Below the pieces are notes generated by a model, which searched no databases, was not told the origin of the DNA, and worked only from the letters and a program-made list of their open reading frames with translations. From Promethearchaeota archaeon (GTDB taxonomy: Archaea > Asgardarchaeota > Lokiarchaeia > Sigyniarchaeales > SOKP01), in assembly GCA_011364975.1 (NCBI GenBank), contig RDOE01000020.1, forward strand, positions 1 to 45,456: a stretch of 45,456 nt of DNA. Direction: 5' to 3'. Below, piece after piece: positions 1 through 10,046 of this stretch (position 1 is its first letter; the number at the start of each line of letters is the position of its first letter). A program made the position numbers and the translations under genes.

Positions 1-363
1 GATTCTTTTATCATTTATTTTGTTAACTTTTTTGTAACTTTTAAGCTCCTCTTCAGATATATTCTCAATAATCGTTCTTATCATTTTTCCTAATTCTGAA
101 ACTAACAATTCTTCGTCAGAGGGGTAGTATTGGTCCAGATCAGCACCAATTGCTACATTACCCTTCCTTATCTCTCCTGGATGCTTTCTAACTTCTTTTT
201 TATATCGATTAAAATAAATTAAAATTCTGTTCAAATTTTTAAGATCTGGTTCTTTTATTTCAGATAGGATTTGGAATACAAAGCTCGATCGTTTTAAATA
301 GTCTTGAAGCGTATCTGGGGTTCTTTTGGGTTCATAATCGGGAAATAAATCTTTTTCACTCAA
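1..363 (-). CDS. Hypothetical protein, partial (runs off the window start)
   Basis: Manually translated open frame from TTG at 363: (M)SEKDLFPDYEPKRTPDTLQDYLKR...HPGEIRKGNVAIGADLDQYYPSDEELLVSELGK...; no stop before position 1; absent from the ORF track. Confidence 0.7.
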   Translation of the reverse strand, partial: MSEKDLFPDYEPKRTPDTLQDYLKRSSFVFQILSEIKEPDLKNLNRILIYFNRYKKEVRKHPGEIRKGNVAIGADLDQYYPSDEELLVSELGKMIRTIIENISEEELKSYKKVNKINDKRI

Positions 364-482
364 AATTACAACGACTAAAACAATTTTTTATTACTTAAAA
401 TTAATTAAAACAACATAAAGATTTAAAATTGAATGAAATAATTATTTCTAGAAAGGATTATTTCTAAAAGTAACTCAAAAAT

Positions 483-1070
483 TTGTGTGAAATTATGGAA
501 ACCGAAGGCAAAAAACCATATTATATTTTTAAGTTATGCTTACTTGGTCATGCTGGTGTAGGGAAAACATGTATTGCACGGCGATTATGTTTTGATACTT
601 TTGATGCGAACACCTCATTAACAATAGGGATTGATTTTTATACTTATGATTTACCGATGATTGTTGATGGAGACAAAACATTTCTAAGACTATCTATTTG
701 GGATTTTGGGGGTCAAGAGCAATTTAAAAAGATGTTTAGTTATTACATTCACGGAGCAAACGGTATATTTATGGTTTTTAGTCTCTTTAATCTTAATGAT
801 ACTCTTTTAGGACTAGATTGGTGGTATGACAATCTATTCAAACACAATTATCAAGAAACTCCTAAATTATTAGTTGGATGTAAACTTGATTTAGTTAAGG
901 ACTTAGAAAGAGTAAATGAGTTGGTTATAGAAAGATTTAGAAATAAACATGATGATGTGCCGTTCTATAAAACTTCTGCAAAAAATAATGTTAATGTTAG
1001 AGAAATTTTTGTAGATATGTCAAAACAGATTTTAGATGCTCATAATTTTAATTATGATAAGCTTCTCTAA
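483..1070 (+). CDS. Rab/Ras-superfamily small GTPase
   Basis: G1 GHAGVGKT, G2 TIGIDF, G3 WDFGGQE, G4 GCKLD, G5 TSAK; no C-terminal CaaX; the start may be the downstream ATG (METEGKK). Confidence 0.92.
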   Translation: MCEIMETEGKKPYYIFKLCLLGHAGVGKTCIARRLCFDTFDANTSLTIGIDFYTYDLPMIVDGDKTFLRLSIWDFGGQEQFKKMFSYYIHGANGIFMVFSLFNLNDTLLGLDWWYDNLFKHNYQETPKLLVGCKLDLVKDLERVNELVIERFRNKHDDVPFYKTSAKNNVNVREIFVDMSKQILDAHNFNYDKLL

Positions 1071-1122
1071 TTTGAATATTATAAATATTCATAACTTTTT
1101 CTTTAGTAATTTATAAATACCA

Positions 1123-2217
1123 GTGGTGCTGAATATGGTTGAGATATATCATGAGGATGATGGTAGGTTAGATTATATAAAAAATAAAACGATAGGAATT
1201 ATTGGTTACGGGAATCAAGGAAGAGCACAAGCATTAAATTTAAGAGATAGTGGATTAAGAGTAATTATTGGTAATATTGAAGATGATTTCAAAAAAATAG
1301 CTAAAAATGACGGCTTTGATGTTTTTGCAATTGAGGAAGCAGTATCCCAGTCAGACATCATATTTATACTTATCCCTGATGAATCAATCAAAGAAATATT
1401 TGATCAAAAAGTTAAACCATATCTCAAATCTTCATCAACTCTAAATTTTGCTAGTGGATACAATGTGGGGTTCAAATTGTTAGAATTACCCTCAAATATT
1501 GACATTATCATGATTGCTCCGAGGATGATTGGTGTAGGGGTACGAGAAAATTATCTTAATGGAAAAGGATTCTTTAGTTTTATAGCTATCGAACAAAATG
1601 TCACGGGAAAAGCTAAAAATACCTTACTTGCTTTAGCAAAAGGTCTGGGAACCCTTAAAAAAGGGGCTGTGATGATGTCAACGAAAGAGGAAGCTATCTT
1701 AGATTTATTTAACGAACAAGCATTTGGTCCAGCTTTTGGAAGGGTTTTATTAACAAGCATTAATGTGCTATTAGAAGCAGGATATCCTGCTGAAGCTGTA
1801 TTAATAGAAATGTATATGAGTGGTGAAATGTCCTATACTTATAAAAAAATGGCTGATATAGGATTAATAAAGCAAACAGATTTTCATTCATACACTAGCC
1901 AATACGGAGCAATGAGTCGGGGTATTCGATATTTTAAGCTTCCCATAAAACCAATTATGCAAAGAACTTTAGAAGAAATCGAAAATGGAGTTTTTACTCA
2001 AGAATGGGAGAAAAAAATTACCAAATTGAAATTTAAGTTTATCAAATTTTTTGCTACTCGTCAAAAGATAAATAAACTTGAGAAACAAGTACGAAAAAGT
2101 ATGAAAATGAAATTGTTCGATATTTATGAAGAGCAACCGCCTACTGCCGAAGACATAGAAAAAGCCAAAGAAATTACTAACGAGCTCAAAATGTTTGAAA
2201 AATATTATGAAACCTGA
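1123..2217 (+). CDS. ilvC: Ketol-acid reductoisomerase (IlvC family), divergent
   Basis: IGYGNQGRAQALNLRDSG, LIPDE, MIAPR, DLFNEQ motifs; start may be ATG at 1135. Confidence 0.85.
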   Translation: MVLNMVEIYHEDDGRLDYIKNKTIGIIGYGNQGRAQALNLRDSGLRVIIGNIEDDFKKIAKNDGFDVFAIEEAVSQSDIIFILIPDESIKEIFDQKVKPYLKSSSTLNFASGYNVGFKLLELPSNIDIIMIAPRMIGVGVRENYLNGKGFFSFIAIEQNVTGKAKNTLLALAKGLGTLKKGAVMMSTKEEAILDLFNEQAFGPAFGRVLLTSINVLLEAGYPAEAVLIEMYMSGEMSYTYKKMADIGLIKQTDFHSYTSQYGAMSRGIRYFKLPIKPIMQRTLEEIENGVFTQEWEKKITKLKFKFIKFFATRQKINKLEKQVRKSMKMKLFDIYEEQPPTAEDIEKAKEITNELKMFEKYYET

Positions 2218-2262
2218 ATTATAAATAAAAGAGTATCTCCGAATAGTATTTTTAAATGAAGA

Positions 2263-3240
2263 TTATACTAGAATTATTACAACTCCCAGTATAGTCAAAA
2301 TCACACCTATAAATCCTTGTTTTGATACTTTTTCCTTATTTACAAAATAAGTTAAAGGAAGAGCAAATAATGGGCTTGCTGTGGCTATTAAAGACATAAT
2401 GTTTGCTCCTGCAACTCTCGCAGCTTCAGTATACAAAAAAGCTCCTAAGGATGTCCCTATGAGGGATCCAAGGAGGAGCAAAATATAAGTTTTTAAGCTT
2501 CTTCTTTTATTAATAGACGTCTTTAACTTCTTTTTTTTAATGTGATTTTCTCTACCTGCCATAACACATAAAATTAGAACTGCAAAAGGAAATCGTATTA
2601 CATTTCCGATGATACTACTTTGTTCATTTATATGTAAAATAGTATCAATTATATTTGTCGTATAGTCTATTATAACTAATCCAACAGCCCAACCTAAGGA
2701 GGCAATTAAGCCTGCGATAATTGCTTTGATAGAAGTATTTGCTAATAAATCTCTTAATTTAGTTTGCGGTATAGCACCATTCTTCTTCAACCCATCTTGG
2801 TTATTATGTGAATTAATTTTATTTTTTCCAATGATTATTATTCCTATCCCTACTAAGAGCAACGATAGCAGCATACGTAATTCAAAGGGACGCTGAAGAA
2901 AAACTAATGAGAGAATAAAAGTAAAAATCGGAAATGTCATTGAAACGGCCAAAGCTATAGTAGTTCCAAGTTCTTTTTGGGCAGTAAAATAAGCAGTGTC
3001 CCCAATAACCTGTCCAAAAAGAAAACTTGTGAATAATAAAATCCAAATTTCAAAAGGTAGTAGAAAAATATAGCCAAAAATGTTCAAAAAAAGCGAAATT
3101 AAAATGAATGTTAATGTTCCAATAAGGGTACGAAATAAGTTAATAAATAAAGGGCTTGATTCAAATTCTGTCTGTCGAAATATTACATTAGATCCTACAA
3201 AAGTTAACACAGCAAATATCGCGATTATCTCTCCTAGCAT
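2263..3240 (-). CDS. DMT/EamA family transporter
   Basis: About 10 hydrophobic segments in two repeats; GDTAYF...LGTTIA and SPLFALPL...KEKVS...GVILTILG motifs. Confidence 0.85.
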   Translation of the reverse strand: MLGEIIAIFAVLTFVGSNVIFRQTEFESSPLFINLFRTLIGTLTFILISLFLNIFGYIFLLPFEIWILLFTSFLFGQVIGDTAYFTAQKELGTTIALAVSMTFPIFTFILSLVFLQRPFELRMLLSLLLVGIGIIIIGKNKINSHNNQDGLKKNGAIPQTKLRDLLANTSIKAIIAGLIASLGWAVGLVIIDYTTNIIDTILHINEQSSIIGNVIRFPFAVLILCVMAGRENHIKKKKLKTSINKRRSLKTYILLLLGSLIGTSLGAFLYTEAARVAGANIMSLIATASPLFALPLTYFVNKEKVSKQGFIGVILTILGVVIILV

Positions 3241-3254
3241 AAGGATGATTATTT

Positions 3255-4754
3255 TTATGTTGATTTTCTATGAATTTTATTTATTTGTTTACCATAATTA
3301 TGTAATGCTAAAAAAGCTAAGGCGGCTCTTCTCAAATCGGAATAAACTAAAAAGCCATCCTTAATTAAAAGCTCAAAATATTCATTTCTTATCTTTAGGG
3401 GTGTTTCAGTTAATATCAATATCAAAAGCTTATTCTGTGCTTCAATATGCTCTTTAATTAACTTTAGGTTATGATAATATGATTCAAATCGTTCTTTATC
3501 CCCCATACTCCAAGCATTAGTATGCATAACAACAAAATCAATCTCCTCCGTTATGGCAGCTTTACATACTTCAACATATTTATCAGAACGAGAAAGCCAG
3601 GGTAAATCCAATGGATTTGAAAGGGAACCGATTTTAATTGGATATACATCTCGTAAGCGTTTTACTGTATCTTCTTTAAATAAGGGAAGATTAATTCCTA
3701 TTTGAGTTAATCTATCTGTATCAATAATTCCTAAACCACCTGACCAAAGAATTACTAATGCATTTTTACCTTTTGGGAAATATTTAAGTCGTTCTTCAAA
3801 AGGAAACTTACCAAACTTTTTATAAAAATAATTAAAGATGAAAAGGTAATCAATTAGTTCATTAAGTGAACTTCCTACCTCAATTAAAGGAGTTTGTTTG
3901 CAAATCGCATTCCAAATCCTTTCACTTGTTCCAAGAGAGCCTGTGTGAGACAAAACGGCTGTTTGACCTCGTTTTGTTTTTCCTCCTCTTAAAATCAAAA
4001 CTGGCTTTTTAATTTCTTTTAAAATATTAAATAGAAATCTACCTTCCTTTTTTTGATATTTAGAAAATCCCTCAAAATAGACCGTTATAATTTCCGATTC
4101 AGGGTCTTTTTCGTAATATTTTAGAAAATCACTTACTTGAAGACTTACACAGTTACCTAAACTCACCCCTTTAGAAAAAGTAAGATTATACCTACTATGT
4201 CCATCCATTATTGTTCTAGAATGGAGATCTCCGGAATGGAAAATTAAACTTATATTACCTGCTTCAGCAGGAAACATAGGAAGATAAGCAATATGCCCTT
4301 TAGGACAATACACACCCATGCAATTAGGTCCAATAGCTAATGTATCTGCTTGCTTATCTAAAAAAATCTTTAATTCTTGTTCAATTTTTATTCCAATTTC
4401 ATCGAATTCTCCTGTTCCTGCTGTAAAAATATGAATAAAATTAATTTTTTTTTTTTCTAATAGTCTCTTTAAAGACTCAAGTAATTTTTCCCTTCTTACT
4501 GCTAAAATGAGAAGATCAATGGTATCCTCAGAAACATCTTCTATAGATTCATATGTTTTAATACCAAAAATTTCGTTTTTTGTAGGAGATATTAAATATA
4601 AATTGTTGAGATCAAATCCCTGTGATTTAAACCCAAAGATAAAATAAGACAGTTTTTCTGTTGCTTCATAAATCGCCACGTTTTTTGGCATAAATAACTT
4701 ATCTAGTTCTTCTCTTTGTTCTGTTGATTTTGGTTTCATTTTTTTCCCACCCAT
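3255..4754 (-). CDS. Acyl-CoA synthetase (NDP-forming) alpha-subunit-like CoA-binding protein
   Basis: LFMPKNVAI, IGPNCMG, SLGN, phospho-His motif AVLSHTGSL, SNPLD. Confidence 0.85.
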   Translation of the reverse strand: MGGKKMKPKSTEQREELDKLFMPKNVAIYEATEKLSYFIFGFKSQGFDLNNLYLISPTKNEIFGIKTYESIEDVSEDTIDLLILAVRREKLLESLKRLLEKKKINFIHIFTAGTGEFDEIGIKIEQELKIFLDKQADTLAIGPNCMGVYCPKGHIAYLPMFPAEAGNISLIFHSGDLHSRTIMDGHSRYNLTFSKGVSLGNCVSLQVSDFLKYYEKDPESEIITVYFEGFSKYQKKEGRFLFNILKEIKKPVLILRGGKTKRGQTAVLSHTGSLGTSERIWNAICKQTPLIEVGSSLNELIDYLFIFNYFYKKFGKFPFEERLKYFPKGKNALVILWSGGLGIIDTDRLTQIGINLPLFKEDTVKRLRDVYPIKIGSLSNPLDLPWLSRSDKYVEVCKAAITEEIDFVVMHTNAWSMGDKERFESYYHNLKLIKEHIEAQNKLLILILTETPLKIRNEYFELLIKDGFLVYSDLRRAALAFLALHNYGKQINKIHRKST

Positions 4755-4880
4755 AATTATATTCCTTAGAATGCAACTTCAAAAATATATGTACGAGCTT
4801 AATTTTTAATTAAAATATCATGTGAATTATAAGATTAAGATTTTTAGATTTTAATAAATTAAGATATTACTATATATAAA

Positions 4881-6911
4881 TTAGTAATTTCCTTTCTTAG
4901 CATCTAACTTTCTGCCATATTCATATAATTTTAGAAATGATTTTGCCGCACTTTCCATTGTAGGATATACAATAAAATCGTTCTTAATTAACATGTCATA
5001 AAATATTGCCCTTGATTCACTTGGATATTCATGGAGAATAATAACAAACACTTTATTCTGAGATTCAATATAATCTTTAATCCCAAGTAAATTACTAAAA
5101 TACCCTTTAAACCTCTCGCTTTCTAAATCCTTCCAAGCGTCAGATTCAACAATTATAAAATCAATATTTTCATCAATCGCAGCCTTGCATACATCAAGAA
5201 ATACCTTGTTAGATGTAACCCATGGTAAATCAAATGGATTAGCTAAACTACCAATATTGATGTCGTAGATTTTTTTAAATTTTTCTAAGACTTCTCCTTC
5301 AAAATAGGGTATTTCAAGGCCTAATTCCATTAATGTATCTGTTGCCAAGATACCAAAGCCCCCTGACCAAAGTGCGATTAACGTGCGTTTGCCTTCAGGA
5401 AAAATTATTTCTTTACTATATTTTTTATTCCGAGCTATATATTGAGAAAACATATATATATAATCAATAAGTTCTTCTAATGATGGAGGAACTTCAATTA
5501 TATTGGTCTGCTTAAAAATTGCGTTCCAAATGCGCTTATTACCCGCTAGCGTGCCTGTATGTGAAATTACTGCTTTTTGACCTCGTTTAGTTCTTCCGCC
5601 TCTCATAAATAAAACAGGTTTCTTCATATTCTTTAAAGTTCTAAATAATCGTTTTCCCTCATCCTTTGAATAACCAGGTAATCCTTCAAAATAAACACAT
5701 ATAACATCAGTTTTATTGTCATAATTGAAATAATCTAACATTTCAGAGATTTGGATATCGATACAATTACCAATACTAACTCCAAGTGAGAATCTTAAGT
5801 TATACTTTCGAGAACCAAATTTTATCATCTTAGAATGTAAATCTCCTGATTGAAAAACCAATGCGATGTTTCCGGACTCAATAGGAAAAGAAGAATAATA
5901 TGCGGTTTTTCCTCTTGGACTATATAAGCCCATACAATTAGGACCTATTGCCCGTGTATCTGGATATGATTGCAGAAGTATTCTAACATCCTTCTCAATT
6001 TGTTCTCCTATCTCATCAAATTCTCCTGTACCCGCTGTGAAAATATGAATAAATTTTACTTTCTTTTTCGATAAGATATCTTTCAAATTACTCAGTAATA
6101 TCTCTCTTCTAATCGATAAAATGAGTAAATCAATATCATCAATAGGGATTTCGTCAAAATTTTTATAACATTTTAATCCCATAAATTCATCATCTTTGGA
6201 CGAAATTAGATACAGATTTTCCAAATTGAAACCTTGTCGTTTAAATCCTTCAATGAAAAAGCCTACATTTGGTTTTGCCTGATAAATTACTACCGTTGTT
6301 GGATTAAATAATATATCAAATGAATTAGAATTATTCGTAATTTCCATTATTATCCATTTATAACAATAAATCGGAATGGAATTAAATTCAGTCCCGCAAT
6401 ATGGGCACTTCGATTTTGTTTGTTTTTCAATAATTGAAATATCTTTCATTATAACATCTTTTCTAAAATTTTTTATAAACTTTAAAAATAATGCTAATAG
6501 AAATGAAAATAAAATGATTACCAAGCCAAGAAGAAGTGTTTTTAAGAAAAGAAAAGTGCCATAATGTTCAAAATATAATGGAGAATACTTTGATATGAAT
6601 ATATAAAAAAAGAAGTTAGGGAAAAAGAAAGTAATTGTATTCATGATAATTACTCGCTTGATCTTTTGTAACGCTATGACTGGAATTAATGATACTAACA
6701 TCCAGATAAAATATAGAAAAATCAACCCTATATCGAATTCATACATAATATAATTTGAAAGAAATTGAATTACAACTTGTCTCTCTTCTATTATGTTACC
6801 ATCAAATTCAATATGAAAACTATACCGGAACGTAACAATAAAAATTGTTAAAATCAGAAATTGAATACTGAAAAGTGCTAATTTACTTTTATAGAGAAAT
6901 GCTATCTTCAT
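4881..6911 (-). CDS. Membrane/Zn-ribbon protein fused in frame to a second acyl-CoA synthetase alpha-like CoA-binding protein (possibly two genes; second start ATG 6347)
   Basis: N-terminal TM helices plus KCPYCG...CYK, then MEITNN...IGPNCMG...SHTGTL...ANPFD, paralogous to 3255-4754. Confidence 0.75.
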   Translation of the reverse strand: MKIAFLYKSKLALFSIQFLILTIFIVTFRYSFHIEFDGNIIEERQVVIQFLSNYIMYEFDIGLIFLYFIWMLVSLIPVIALQKIKRVIIMNTITFFFPNFFFYIFISKYSPLYFEHYGTFLFLKTLLLGLVIILFSFLLALFLKFIKNFRKDVIMKDISIIEKQTKSKCPYCGTEFNSIPIYCYKWIIMEITNNSNSFDILFNPTTVVIYQAKPNVGFFIEGFKRQGFNLENLYLISSKDDEFMGLKCYKNFDEIPIDDIDLLILSIRREILLSNLKDILSKKKVKFIHIFTAGTGEFDEIGEQIEKDVRILLQSYPDTRAIGPNCMGLYSPRGKTAYYSSFPIESGNIALVFQSGDLHSKMIKFGSRKYNLRFSLGVSIGNCIDIQISEMLDYFNYDNKTDVICVYFEGLPGYSKDEGKRLFRTLKNMKKPVLFMRGGRTKRGQKAVISHTGTLAGNKRIWNAIFKQTNIIEVPPSLEELIDYIYMFSQYIARNKKYSKEIIFPEGKRTLIALWSGGFGILATDTLMELGLEIPYFEGEVLEKFKKIYDINIGSLANPFDLPWVTSNKVFLDVCKAAIDENIDFIIVESDAWKDLESERFKGYFSNLLGIKDYIESQNKVFVIILHEYPSESRAIFYDMLIKNDFIVYPTMESAAKSFLKLYEYGRKLDAKKGNY

Positions 6912-7100
6912 TATTAAAATTTTAAATAAATCAAAAAATAAAACTCTTTGAAATAAAATAATAAGAGAAAAGATTTAAAAATGCTTAAAACGTAAAATTT
7001 TTAATATTTGCTTGCTTCAATTACTTACAGTGCTGAGTTTATTATCTCATTCTTTAATGTTTATTATTATTAATCTAAAAACAAAGGATGTTTTGGGTTT

Positions 7101-10025
7101 ATGAGCTATTCTTTTAGCCGTACAAAAATGGTTGAAAAAATCAAGTTTGGGCTTCTGAGCCCAGATGAGATTAGGAAAATGTCTGCAGCAAGAATTATAA
7201 CTGCGGACACATATGATGAAGATGGTCTACCGATTCCCAGTGGATTGATGGATCAGAGATTAGGGACTATAGAACCGGGACAAAGATGTCAAACTTGTGG
7301 AAATCTTGTAAGTAATTGCATGGGACACTTTGGTCATATTGAATTAGCCCGACCAGTGATTCATGTAGGGTATGCCAAAAAAGTTCTAAAAGTTTTAAGG
7401 TCTATATGTCCGCAATGTTCACGATTAATGTTAACTGAAGAGGAAATAGAACGTTTTCGAGAAGAACAAGCTAAGTTTGAAAAAGTTTCTTTTGAAGGTG
7501 ACGAAGATCCTTCAAGGGTAGTATTTAAACGAGCTAGGAAAAGTAAGATGTGCCCTTATTGCGGAGCAAAGAAGAAAAAAATCATTATTGAAAAACCCAC
7601 TACTTTTTATGAGGAAGAAGAAAATAAAGGTTCTCGTCGTCTTACTCCCATTGAAATTTTAGAACGCCTCAAAAAGATGACTGATAATGATTTGAGGGTA
7701 TTAGGGATATCTCCTGAGAATGCGAGACTTGAATGGGTTATTTTCACCGTATTACCAATTCCACCGGTATGTGCTCGACCTTCAATTACCCTAGATAGCG
7801 GTATCCGATCTGAAGATGATCTTACTCATAAATTAGTGGATGTAATTCGAATTAACCAAAGATTAAGGGAAAATATTGATGCAGGTGCGCCTCATCTAAT
7901 TGTTGAAGATCTTTGGGAATTATTACAATATCATATAACTACTTATTTTGATAATCAAGTGTCTGGTATCCCCCCAGCACGTCATAGATCAGGAAGGGCT
8001 CTTAGAACACTTACACAAAGGTTAAAAGGTAAAGAAGGGCGTTTTAGGAGCAATTTGAGTGGAAAGCGAGTAGATTTTTCAGCAAGAAGCGTAGTATCTC
8101 CCAATCCCTATATAAGTATCAATGAGGTCGGAGTTCCAATAGAAATTGCGAAAATCCTTACAATCCCTACAAATGTAAATGACTGGAATATTGAGGAGAT
8201 GAAGCAAATGGTAATTAATGGACCATCTAGACATCCAGGTGCAAATTATATTATTAGAAACGATCGTAGAAGGATAGATTTAAGATATGTTAAAAATCGC
8301 CAAATTATAGCTGATATGTTAGCACCTGGTTTTACAGTTGAGCGTCATTTAAGTAATGGTGATTTAGTCTTATTTAATCGACAACCATCACTTCATAGAA
8401 TGTCTATAATGGCTCATGAAGTTAAAATAATGGATGGTAGAACCTTTCGTCTAAATCTTACAGTTTGCCCTCCTTATAATGCGGATTTTGATGGAGATGA
8501 AATGAATTTACATGTACCTCAAAGTGAAGAAGCTCGAACTGAAGCAGAATTGCTACTTAAAGTCCAAGAACATATTTTATCACCTCGTTTTGGAGGGCCA
8601 ATCCTAGGAGGTATCCAAGATTTTATCTCATCTGTGTTTCAATTTACCAGTAAAGATGCGTTATTTAATAAAATGGATACTTTTAAGTTGTTATTTATGG
8701 GGAATATTTTTAAAGATAATCCTGAATTTGATTTAACTGATTTGACACCTATCGTGACAGAACCTGAAGAAAAGTTTTCTGGAAAACAGATATTCAGTAC
8801 TCTATTTCCAGATGATCTTAATATTAAAGTAAAATCAAAATTTTGTAAAAAATGTGAAGTTTGTGAAGAAGAGAATTGTGCTTATGATGCATATGTAGTG
8901 ATTAAAAATGGAGAATTAATAACAGGAACAATTGATGAGAACTCCTTCGGGGCTATGCAATCCAATAGTATTCTACAAAGAATTATTAAAGATCATGGAA
9001 ATGCAAGAGGGAGGCAATTTTTAGATGATGCAACAAGAATGCTATTATATGTTATAAGAAAGAACGGAATGACGATGGGACTTGATGAGGTATATGTATA
9101 TGGTCATGCATATGAAGAAATACAAAAAATACTTGATGCTGCAAATAAAGAATCAGATAGATTAATTAATGCATTCTATGATAATGATACAACAATTTTA
9201 AGGAGAGCCCCAGGAAGATCGATGCGAGAAACTTTAGAATTGAGAATAAGACAAGTGCTTGCTGAAGCGCGTAAAAAGGCAGAAGAAACTGCTGCTAATT
9301 TTATTGGTGATGAAGCTCATTCTGTCATTATGACTAAATCTGGAGCGCGGGGAAACATCTTAAATTTAGGTCAGATGTCTGCTGTTGTAGGGCAACAAGC
9401 AATCAGAGGAGAGAGAATTAACCGAGGATATAGTTTAAGAACGCTACCTCATTTTAAAATAAATGATCTTACTCCGAAATCTCGAGGGTTTGTTGAATCA
9501 TCTTATAGAAACGGTTTAAAACCAGAAGAATTTTTCTTTCATGCCATGGGGGGCAGGGAAGGACTAGTTGATACCGCAGTAAGAACTTCTACTAGCGGAT
9601 ATATGCAACGTCGATTAGTTAATGCACTTCAAGATATGGTAATTGAAAATGATGGTACAGTTAGAAATAGCGATAAAAATATTATACAATTTAATTACGG
9701 AGATGATGGAATTGACCCAATGCATACTGACCATTCTGACGCAGTAAATCTCAATGTATTGCTATTAAAAGCGAAAGCACTTGATTTAGAAGAAATTCGA
9801 GATGAATTAAAACATGTTCCATCAAAAAAGAAATCAGCACCAGAGGAAACTGAAAAAATAAAAGAAGTACCAAGTGAACCCTCCAAACCTAAAAAGAAGG
9901 CACAATCAACAGATGAAGATACATTAATAAAAGAGTATGAAAAAGAAACAGGAAAAAATGCCATTTGGAGAGGTAATACCACGAAAGGTTATTTAGAATG
10001 GAAAAAGGAAAAGTATGGGTCCTAA
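7101..10025 (+). CDS. rpoA1: DNA-directed RNA polymerase subunit A' (Rpo1N)
   Basis: CxGHFGHIEL, catalytic YNADFDGDEMN, GGREGLVDTAVRTSTSGYMQRRL. Confidence 0.99.
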   Translation: MSYSFSRTKMVEKIKFGLLSPDEIRKMSAARIITADTYDEDGLPIPSGLMDQRLGTIEPGQRCQTCGNLVSNCMGHFGHIELARPVIHVGYAKKVLKVLRSICPQCSRLMLTEEEIERFREEQAKFEKVSFEGDEDPSRVVFKRARKSKMCPYCGAKKKKIIIEKPTTFYEEEENKGSRRLTPIEILERLKKMTDNDLRVLGISPENARLEWVIFTVLPIPPVCARPSITLDSGIRSEDDLTHKLVDVIRINQRLRENIDAGAPHLIVEDLWELLQYHITTYFDNQVSGIPPARHRSGRALRTLTQRLKGKEGRFRSNLSGKRVDFSARSVVSPNPYISINEVGVPIEIAKILTIPTNVNDWNIEEMKQMVINGPSRHPGANYIIRNDRRRIDLRYVKNRQIIADMLAPGFTVERHLSNGDLVLFNRQPSLHRMSIMAHEVKIMDGRTFRLNLTVCPPYNADFDGDEMNLHVPQSEEARTEAELLLKVQEHILSPRFGGPILGGIQDFISSVFQFTSKDALFNKMDTFKLLFMGNIFKDNPEFDLTDLTPIVTEPEEKFSGKQIFSTLFPDDLNIKVKSKFCKKCEVCEEENCAYDAYVVIKNGELITGTIDENSFGAMQSNSILQRIIKDHGNARGRQFLDDATRMLLYVIRKNGMTMGLDEVYVYGHAYEEIQKILDAANKESDRLINAFYDNDTTILRRAPGRSMRETLELRIRQVLAEARKKAEETAANFIGDEAHSVIMTKSGARGNILNLGQMSAVVGQQAIRGERINRGYSLRTLPHFKINDLTPKSRGFVESSYRNGLKPEEFFFHAMGGREGLVDTAVRTSTSGYMQRRLVNALQDMVIENDGTVRNSDKNIIQFNYGDDGIDPMHTDHSDAVNLNVLLLKAKALDLEEIRDELKHVPSKKKSAPEETEKIKEVPSEPSKPKKKAQSTDEDTLIKEYEKETGKNAIWRGNTTKGYLEWKKEKYGS

Positions 10026-10046
10026 ATAAAATAAGAGGAATATAAT

